Shown: piece after piece, positions 1 to 7,652 of the stretch
Layout: each line of letters opens with the position of its first letter
How positions within the stretch are numbered: position 1 is the first letter of the stretch
Assembly: GCA_019120295.1 (NCBI GenBank)
Contig: DWVI01000004.1
Location: 102,201-166,200, forward strand
Direction: 5' to 3'
DNA from: Candidatus Onthoplasma faecipullorum
GTDB lineage: Bacteria; Bacillota; Clostridia; Christensenellales; UBA1242
DNA length: 64,000 nt
Program-made: the position numbers and the translations under genes
Notes under the pieces: generated by a model
Told to the model about the DNA's origin: nothing
Databases searched by the model: none
Seen by the model: only the letters and a program-made list of their open reading frames with translations

Positions 1-640
1 GGGTTCCAACACCACTTGCATTGTTTCTAACCCATAAACCAAGTTTGTATTTCCCACTTAGTAGGTCGTAGACTGGGGTGGCGGTGGTTTCAATTATTTC
101 ATTACCGCGCCTTAAAGTTAGAGTTAATTCCTTTCCTGCGAAATTTGGTAGGTTTATTATTCTATCAATGTCCTGAATGCTATCAATTTCAATGCCTTCA
201 ATGTGAGTTAGTGCATCTCCGTCAACAATACCGCTCGTTTCAAGTGGATATTTTGTTCCTGTGTTGCTAACAACTGGATTTGCTCCAACGCAAATAACGC
301 CTTCACTAAACAAATTAAAACCAACCGTTTCGCCACCAATATATATGTCTGTGTCATTTAATAACTTAACATTAACTTTTTTTATTGTAAAAAGATTAAA
401 TAATTTAACACTCATTGTTGTTTCAGTTAATTCTTCGTCATTTGAAACAACTAAATTTTTAGGGAGCGTCAAGGTTATTGATTTAGAAAATTCGTCACGT
501 TCGTTGGCTTCAATGATGTCTTCATATGTAACCACCATGTCGTTTGGAAGGGCATTCACTCGCTTGATTTCAGGAAGCAAAAAAGCAAGTCCAAACAAAA
601 CAAAAATAACACTAAACGATAAAATTATAACTTTTTTCAT
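1..640 (-). CDS. spoIVB: SpoIVB-type sporulation serine peptidase (S55), N-terminal part; ORF runs off the window start
   Basis: Absent from the ORF track because it is open at the edge. My reverse translation from the ATG at 640-638 gives MKKVIILSFSVIFVLFGLAF (membrane anchor), then a PDZ-like GIVDGDALTHIEGIEIDSIQDI, then KLGLWVRNNASGVGT as at the start of the S55 domain. No stop codon down to position 1. Confidence 0.75.
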   Translation of the reverse strand, partial: MKKVIILSFSVIFVLFGLAFLLPEIKRVNALPNDMVVTYEDIIEANERDEFSKSITLTLPKNLVVSNDEELTETTMSVKLFNLFTIKKVNVKLLNDTDIYIGGETVGFNLFSEGVICVGANPVVSNTGTKYPLETSGIVDGDALTHIEGIEIDSIQDIDRIINLPNFAGKELTLTLRRGNEIIETTATPVYDLLSGKYKLGLWVRNNASGVGT

Positions 641-646
641 AATCAT

Positions 647-675
647 TAGTATGTATGAAATTTCAAATTTTATGT
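647..675 (-). promoter_or_regulatory. Possible forespore sigma (sigG/sigF-like) promoter for spoIVB
   Basis: On the minus strand: ACATA (675-671), a 17 nt spacer, then CATACTA (653-647), which matches the sigG -10 consensus. It lies only about 6 nt from the ATG and no RBS is visible. Confidence 0.3.
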
Positions 676-822
676 TTTTTAAATTTAACCAAAATTTACT
701 ATTTTAATGTTTATTGTCTGGTTGACTTATAATCTTAATGTAAAGTAAAACCACATCAAATTTTATTTAAGCATATTTAAGGTTTATGAAATAAATTTAA
801 TTTAAAACGTATTAAAAATTAG

Positions 823-854
823 CAAAAAACAACTTCCAATTGGAAGTTGTTTTA
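823..854 (-). terminator. Rho-independent terminator downstream of the collagen-like gene
   Basis: Stem AACAACTTCC / GGAAGTTGTT with loop AATT, followed on the minus strand by a T-run. Confidence 0.6.
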
Positions 855-901
855 ATTATAAAATAATTATACTGGCAATGTTTATAAAATTTTCTTAGAT
901 T

Positions 902-2222
<1,321 letters not shown>

Positions 2223-2359
2223 TAGGTGTTTCCACCTATTCCATGATATGTGAAAATAAAAAATATGTTAGTGTTTTAGAAGGATTTTTAAAAGATGTTT
2301 CGTAAACACGCTTTAATAAAAGTAAAAAAATAACAAAACCTAGCATATAAATTATAAAG

Positions 2360-2953
2360 ATGAATAATTTGTTTTCTAATTTATTCAGTCCTTTTAAACA
2401 AAATAAAGGGTTGGCCATATTTTTGATTATTGCCACAATAGTTGTTATTGCGCTTGGGATTTTTAGCGCTATTCAGTTTGATGATAGTGTGTTAATTATC
2501 GACCTTGAAAATGTTACCTACATTAGATACTTGAAAGGGGATAGTGGTTTTGGTGGCTTTTTATTCGGAACGCTTATTTCGGTGTTGATTTTTTATATTA
2601 TAATACTTTCATGTTGTTCAAAAAAATATTTATTGCCGTTTGCAGTGGTATTTTATCTTTATTTGGTTTATAGTCAATTTGTGATATTTACATGTGTTAT
2701 TTTAATATATGGCTTTTTCAACACTTTTATATTTTTATTATTGCTTTTAATTTATTTTTTAACTCTTTACTTTTTGTTTATACTCTTATTTTTAACTTTA
2801 ACTAATTTGTGTGGCCAAATTAATTTTTTTAGGTTGTGTTTTAATAGAAATTCAAATGTTTTAATTTTAACTATTTTATTTATATTATTAGTTTTATTGT
2901 TTTCTATAATTTTAATGTTTTTAAGAACATATATAATTTTATTAATTTATTAA
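2360..2953 (+). CDS. Hypothetical polytopic membrane protein
   Basis: 197 aa ORF that stays open in very AT-rich sequence, with several hydrophobic segments. No family recognised. Confidence 0.45.
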   Translation: MNNLFSNLFSPFKQNKGLAIFLIIATIVVIALGIFSAIQFDDSVLIIDLENVTYIRYLKGDSGFGGFLFGTLISVLIFYIIILSCCSKKYLLPFAVVFYLYLVYSQFVIFTCVILIYGFFNTFIFLLLLLIYFLTLYFLFILLFLTLTNLCGQINFFRLCFNRNSNVLILTILFILLVLLFSIILMFLRTYIILLIY

Positions 2954-3103
2954 AATTTTAAAAAATATAAAAAAATTAATAAAAAATACTAATTTTTAGC
3001 AAGTTTTTTAAAAAAATTTAAGCAAAAAATAATTTTTTTATTAAAATAAAAATAAAAAATACATAAAAATAAATTTTTGAAAAAAACTAAACTAGAGGTA
3101 ATC

Positions 3104-4258
3104 ATGAAAAAGATAATAACATTTAGTTTAGTTTTAATTTTAATCTTTGGAATATTTTTAATTTCAAGCAATGTAACGAGCGCTTACGCAAGTTCAAGTT
3201 TTGAGAGTAGCGTGGTTCACAAGTCAAGCGTACTAATTGAAAAAAATTCAGGCAAGATTTTATACGACAACAATTCTAGCGAACAACTACCAATAGCAAG
3301 TGTTACAAAACTTATGACAATTCTTTTAACCCTTGAAAAAATTGACGCTGGGGAAATTAGTTTAACAGATAAAGTGCATATAAGTGAAAATGCGAGTGGT
3401 ATGGGTGGAAGTCAAATATTCATTGATGCAAACCTAGATTATGAACTCGGCGAACTTTTAAAATCGGTAATTGTTGCAAGTGCAAATGACTCAAGTGTTG
3501 CCCTTGCTGAATATATTGCTGGAAGTGAAAGTAATTTTGTTAAAATGATGAACGAGAGAGCAAAAGAACTTAATTTGAAAAACACAAATTATGTGAATTG
3601 CACAGGTCTTCCTGCACCAGACGGCTATTCATGCGCGTATGACCAAGCGATTATTCTAAGCCACGTTTTGAATTATGACACTTACCACACATATTCTTCA
3701 ATTTGGCTAGAAGATTTTGTTCACCCAGATGGACGTACAACTCAAATGACAAACACAAACCGCTTATCACGTTTCTATGATGGTTGCATGGGCGGTAAAA
3801 CTGGCTCAACTAATCAAGCAAAATATTGCTTAGCAGTTGGTGCAAAACGCGGTGATATGGAACTCATTTCAGTGGTGCTTGGAGCAGATAATAGTAAGGA
3901 AAGATTTAAACTTGCAAGCGACTTATTAGATTATGGTTTTAATAATTTTGAATCAAAAACAATCTTTGACAATAATTCATTAAATGGAATGACAATTAGA
4001 ATAAAAGGTATGGATAGAGTAACACACCTTAAAGCAGAACGCAATTACACACTTGTAACGGACAAAAACGAACAAGTTAACGTTTCACTAAATTATAATT
4101 TACCTAATATGTTATCCGAAGTAAAAACCGACCAAGTGGTAGGAAATGTGGAAATTGTAATAGACGGAGTGGTGGTAGATAAAATCAACATATTATCCAC
4201 CGAAACACACAACCCAGCCACAATTTGGGACTACTTCAAAGAACTCACCAAAGCATAA
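3104..4258 (+). CDS. D-alanyl-D-alanine carboxypeptidase (S11, PBP5-type)
   Basis: Signal peptide plus the motifs SVTKLMT (SxxK), SANDS (SxN) and KTGST (KTG). GAGGT RBS before the ATG at 3104; the track start at 3077 is in frame upstream. Confidence 0.85.
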   Translation: MKKIITFSLVLILIFGIFLISSNVTSAYASSSFESSVVHKSSVLIEKNSGKILYDNNSSEQLPIASVTKLMTILLTLEKIDAGEISLTDKVHISENASGMGGSQIFIDANLDYELGELLKSVIVASANDSSVALAEYIAGSESNFVKMMNERAKELNLKNTNYVNCTGLPAPDGYSCAYDQAIILSHVLNYDTYHTYSSIWLEDFVHPDGRTTQMTNTNRLSRFYDGCMGGKTGSTNQAKYCLAVGAKRGDMELISVVLGADNSKERFKLASDLLDYGFNNFESKTIFDNNSLNGMTIRIKGMDRVTHLKAERNYTLVTDKNEQVNVSLNYNLPNMLSEVKTDQVVGNVEIVIDGVVVDKINILSTETHNPATIWDYFKELTKA

Positions 4259-4370
4259 ATTTTTGCAAGTTAATTATTAAAAGAAAAGTGTTTAAAACAT
4301 GTAAAAAAATGGGCTAATCAACGTGCTCATTTTTTGTATGAATATTTGTTTAAAAATTTGAAACATAATG

Positions 4371-5312
4371 TTATTTAAATATTTTTGCAACAAATTTGTT
4401 TCCTAAAAGTATAACCATTATAATTGTAATTATTAGAGATAAAGCATAGTTAAAATATATTGGAAAATGAAATATATCATAGTAGGCAAAAAGTTTTATG
4501 AAAAATCCATGTAAGAGATAAATAGAGTATGAATTATTATATTTTGATATAAATGAACATTCTTTGTTTGGAATAAGTACTATAACTGAAAATATTATTG
4601 CTAGGGCAAGTAATAACATTCTAGACCTATCTAGTATAGTGTAATTTGCATTGTTATAAGAGTATGAACCATATAATGCAAGCCTATTAGTGTTATATTT
4701 TATTGCCAATATGGAAGATATAATAAGTAAAATTAAAAACAATAGTTTTATAATAATTTTAGTTTTTCGAGTGGTTGAATTAAATTTATTTTCTAAAACT
4801 CTATACGAATTTTTAAAATAAACGCCTAGGATAAAAAATGGTAAAAACACAAATGTTCTAGAAAGGGAATATCTATATCCAACGTCATCTAAATATCCAA
4901 TAAGTAAACTTATTATTACGGATATGAGTAATATAGTAATTTTAAGATACTTATTTTTTACGTTTATGATTGGTAAAATCAACAAGTATATTGCAGAACT
5001 AAACAAATACCAAAGTAACCAATATGGTTGGTAAAATTGCATTGTTAAGTTATTGTGTAATATGTAATTTTCAAATAATATATACAAAACTTGAAAAATC
5101 ATATAGGGCAAAATGAATTTATTTAACAAATTCTTTATTTTAAATTTAGAGAAAAAACCAAATATAAATATAAAAAATGGCATATGGAAAGAATATATCC
5201 ATCTGTAAATTGCTCCGTTGGTGTCAAAAAGTTCTAACAAATGAGCAAAAACAACAAAAAAGATTAGCAAAAATTTTATATTATCGAATTTATATAACCT
5301 AACATTATCCAC
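4371..5312 (-). CDS. Acyltransferase family 3 membrane protein
   Basis: 313 aa and polytopic. The N-terminal FDNIKFLLIFFVVFAHL and FHMPFFIFIFGFF motifs are typical of acyltransferase_3. Confidence 0.7.
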   Translation of the reverse strand: MDNVRLYKFDNIKFLLIFFVVFAHLLELFDTNGAIYRWIYSFHMPFFIFIFGFFSKFKIKNLLNKFILPYMIFQVLYILFENYILHNNLTMQFYQPYWLLWYLFSSAIYLLILPIINVKNKYLKITILLISVIISLLIGYLDDVGYRYSLSRTFVFLPFFILGVYFKNSYRVLENKFNSTTRKTKIIIKLLFLILLIISSILAIKYNTNRLALYGSYSYNNANYTILDRSRMLLLALAIIFSVIVLIPNKECSFISKYNNSYSIYLLHGFFIKLFAYYDIFHFPIYFNYALSLIITIIMVILLGNKFVAKIFK

Positions 5313-5403
5313 TTTTTAATTATAAAGTATTTTGAGTTGCATTTCAACCATATTAACGCCCCAACAAAACATTTAATAGAGAATAACACCTTTTAAAGAT
5401 ATA

Positions 5404-5429
5404 AACAAAAAACTAGCCTAACGCTAGTT
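5404..5429 (-). terminator. Terminator-like hairpin
   Basis: AACTAGC / GCTAGTT stem followed on the minus strand by TTTTTT. Confidence 0.5.
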
Positions 5430-5434
5430 ATGTG

Positions 5435-5524
5435 TGGTAGTCCCAAGGGGCGAGTAGCGTAAAAAAACATACCCCAATGGGTATGTTTTAGCGTAACGAG
5501 TAACCCCTAGGGGTTCGATTCCCC
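5435..5524 (-). pseudogene. tRNA-Glu-derived fragment: 3' acceptor/T-stem copy with a hairpin insert of about 50 nt in the T-loop position, plus an inverted T-arm
   Basis: 5435-5450 (tggtagtcccaagggg) is identical to the 3' end of tRNA-Glu at 5552-5567. On the minus strand it reads GGGGTT[insert]CCCCTTGGGACTACCA. 5510-5524 is a T-arm (ggggttcgattcccc) in the opposite orientation. Confidence 0.6.
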
Positions 5525-5527
5525 ATT

Positions 5528-5549
5528 AAAAAATAGCACGCGTGTGCTA
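5528..5549 (-). terminator. Terminator immediately after tRNA-Glu
   Basis: TAGCAC / GTGCTA stem followed on the minus strand by TTTTTT, 2 nt after the tRNA CCA end. Confidence 0.6.
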
Positions 5550-5551
5550 TA

Positions 5552-5626
5552 TGGTAGTCCCAAGGGGAATCGAACCCCTGATCCCACCGTGAAAGGGTGG
5601 TGTCTTAACCGCTTGACCATGGGACC
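5552..5626 (-). tRNA. tRNA-Glu (anticodon UUC), CCA encoded
   Basis: Manual cloverleaf: acceptor GGTCCCA/TGGGACT, anticodon arm CCACC-CTTTCAC-GGTGG, T-arm AGGGG-TTCGATT-CCCCT, 75 nt. Confidence 0.9.
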
Positions 5627-6150
5627 GCGTGCCGACATCTCGGCTTTGTAATCGTTTTGCTTGTCGCAAAACTTCATTTGTGCCGAATGTCGGCACGTAT
5701 CCCACTGCGTGATATTCATCACTTGTGGGAGCCCTTGTAATTTTGCTTAAAATACTTTAGCTATTGCTAGGTTGCTTATTTCACGGCGCAACCGTTAGTC
5801 CTTTGCTCGGTTGCTCCTTAATTCCCACTGCGTACCTTACGGCACTCGTGGGAGCCCTGATGAACCCCATTTCGACTATGTCTTATGGGGACCCCTGTTT
5901 TAATCGACGTTGTAATCGTTTTGCTTATCGCAAAACTTCATTTGTGCCGAATGTCGGCACTTTTATGAAGGACAACCGCAGGTTTTCCTTCATGGCTTCT
6001 TTTCCTAATAGGTTTTGATTGAATGATTTTTATATGAGTCGAATAATGGGTACCCTACAAATGTTGGATAACACGCAGTAGGGAAAAGGAGTGGTCGACC
6101 AAAAGGTCTATATTCGAGCTAGCAAATTGACAATGGGTCGTACCACGACG
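5627..6150. ncRNA. ORF-free, G+C-enriched, hairpin-dense spacer between the two tRNAs; candidate structured RNA(s) or tRNA-associated element, strand unresolved
   Basis: Contains two copies of a 51 nt module (5646-5696 and 5910-5960, 1 mismatch). Hairpin families occur at 5701-5734, 5824-5857 and 5863-5895, and inverted at 6048-6083. The track ORFs here overlap tRNAs and hairpins and look spurious. Confidence 0.45.
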
Positions 6151-6234
6151 TGGTGGCGATGGCTCTCTTTGAACCTTGATTATCTGCCAACAAAGTTGTC
6201 AGGGAGATGCGTTGGTTCTCTTTGCCATCGCACC
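6151..6234 (-). pseudogene. tRNA-Met-derived 84 nt rod-like hairpin ending in CCA (degenerate tRNA copy or tRNA-like minihelix)
   Basis: The 5' GGTGCGATGGC and 3' GGTTCAAAGAGAGCCATCGCCACCA ends resemble the ends of tRNA-Met (GGCGATGTGGC ... GGTTCGATTCCACCCATCGCCACCA). The interior folds as one long stem, not a cloverleaf. Confidence 0.55.
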
Positions 6235-6238
6235 TTAA

Positions 6239-6314
6239 TGGTGGCGATGGGTGGAATCGAACCACCGATCTATCGGGTATGAACCGATCGCTCTAACCGC
6301 TGGGCCACATCGCC
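6239..6314 (-). tRNA. tRNA with CAU anticodon (elongator Met, or the Ile2 lysidine type), CCA encoded
   Basis: Manual cloverleaf: acceptor GGCGATG/CATCGCC, anticodon arm ATCGG-TTCATAC-CCGAT, T-arm GGTGG-TTCGATT-CCACC, 76 nt. The G1-C72 pair argues against an initiator tRNA. Confidence 0.85.
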
Positions 6315-6479
6315 TTATGCGAATTTATTATATCCAATAAAATAGTCATTGTCAAGTTATTTTTACAAAATTTTAGTATTTTTAGGTTATTATGTAACGT
6401 TTTTATGAAATTTTATTGTTATAAGCTAAAATAATCGCATAATTTCTTTGTTGTGTTTTGCGGTGGTGTGTTTTTGGTT

Positions 6480-7313
6480 TTACAAATTGTCTGTCATGCC
6501 TGAAAGTTTATCATACTCGTCAGGTGTGCCAATATCGTAGAAGGTTCCGTGATGTGGGAAGGTGAAAGATTTTGTGTTTTGAACAAGGTAATTTATAAAG
6601 TAGCCAAGGCTATCGCGTTCCTTTTTGTTATCTTGCTTTAATGTCAAGTAGTGGTCAAGTAGAGCAAAGTCGTGGCGATTGAATAAATATAGAGCGAGTG
6701 AAACGTTATTTGATTTGCAATTTTCAATTCCTGGTTTTTCGTCCAATGAAAGAATGTGATTTTCTGCACCTAGATTTAAAATGCCAAAGTTTTTAGCAAT
6801 GAACTCACGGTCACTATCTGGGTAAACTTTTGAAACAACCAAGTTAGAAGGTCCGTGCATAATTTCTTTATATTGACCATAGATAAGAAAATCGTCAAGG
6901 TCGAAATCAAAATAATTGTCGCTAGCCATAACTAAGATGTGTTCTTCTGAATTAGGCGAGATGTAACGGTTGGCTAAATTCATGTCCATATTAGCGCCAA
7001 TGGCTTCAGATTTATTTTTAGAACCATCATTTAAAATTGTAAATAATAATTCACCATTTTTTCTTGGATTGTTTACCTTCCATTCTTTGCACGCTTCTTT
7101 TATTTGATTGTAATACTTTGCGTTTGTTACAACGATAATTTCGCTAATATCCTTTACTGTTTGTATTTGATTGATTTTATCTAATATAAAATATAAAATT
7201 GGTTGAGTTTTTCCTTCAACTGTAATTGGAAGCAGAGTTTTTGCAACTTCTCCGCCGTTTGTTCTACTTTCTAATCTTGTGGCATATCCACCTGCTAAAA
7301 TAACTATTTTCAT
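6480..7313 (-). CDS. Sugar-phosphate nucleotidyltransferase family protein
   Basis: The N-terminal MKIVILAGGYATRL matches the GxGtRL NTP-transferase signature; 277 aa. Confidence 0.7.
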   Translation of the reverse strand: MKIVILAGGYATRLESRTNGGEVAKTLLPITVEGKTQPILYFILDKINQIQTVKDISEIIVVTNAKYYNQIKEACKEWKVNNPRKNGELLFTILNDGSKNKSEAIGANMDMNLANRYISPNSEEHILVMASDNYFDFDLDDFLIYGQYKEIMHGPSNLVVSKVYPDSDREFIAKNFGILNLGAENHILSLDEKPGIENCKSNNVSLALYLFNRHDFALLDHYLTLKQDNKKERDSLGYFINYLVQNTKSFTFPHHGTFYDIGTPDEYDKLSGMTDNL

Positions 7314-7575
7314 GTGTTCTCCTTAAAATGCGTGAATAGATATTAGCATAGTTTTTTAACTTTGTAAAGAGAAGAAATAAAATTTTAAAAAATAATTGTC
7401 GAGATTATTGTTTTGAGTTTAGTTTAGTTGTATTGTAAAAATTTAGTTTTCCGCATTTGATTAAGGGAAGTGGGGAATATACTAAAATGCCATATAAATT
7501 TTTAATGTTAAAAATGTGAATTTTATAAGGTGTGTGGGCTACATAAGAAAATATGTGCGTTCAAATTCGCCGTTA

Positions 7576-7603
7576 TAAAAAAGGCGGAACATTTCCGCCT
7601 TTT
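7576..7603 (-). terminator. Terminator downstream of ftsK (bidirectional shape)
   Basis: AAAAAAGGCGGAA-cat-TTCCGCCTTTT. Confidence 0.7.
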
Positions 7604-7652
7604 AAAGTGGTTATATCTATATGAAATAGTATAGATTTTAAAGTTATTGAGT

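Noticed and set aside
261-707. 148 aa plus-strand ORF from the track
   Set aside because: It is low-complexity and lies antisense to a well-supported SpoIVB reading frame on the minus strand. It also runs through that gene's start codon and promoter region.
5857-5895. Hammerhead ribozyme core (CUGAUGA followed directly by a hairpin)
   Set aside because: CTGATGA at 5857-5863 precedes the CCCCAT/ATGGGG hairpin, but the required GAAA after stem II is absent (ACCCC instead). No stem I/III arrangement is evident either.
5944-5964. Plus-strand terminator (GTGCCGA-atg-TCGGCAC followed by TTTT)
   Set aside because: I did not annotate it as a terminator because the identical hairpin at 5680-5696 has no T-run, the T-run here is only 4 nt, and the transcribed strand of this region is unresolved.
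5507-6282. ORFs 5507-5722 (minus), 5764-6018 (plus) and 6091-6282 (plus)
   Set aside because: They overlap tRNA genes, tRNA fragments and repeated hairpins. They have no RBS, and their composition looks like translated structured RNA rather than protein.
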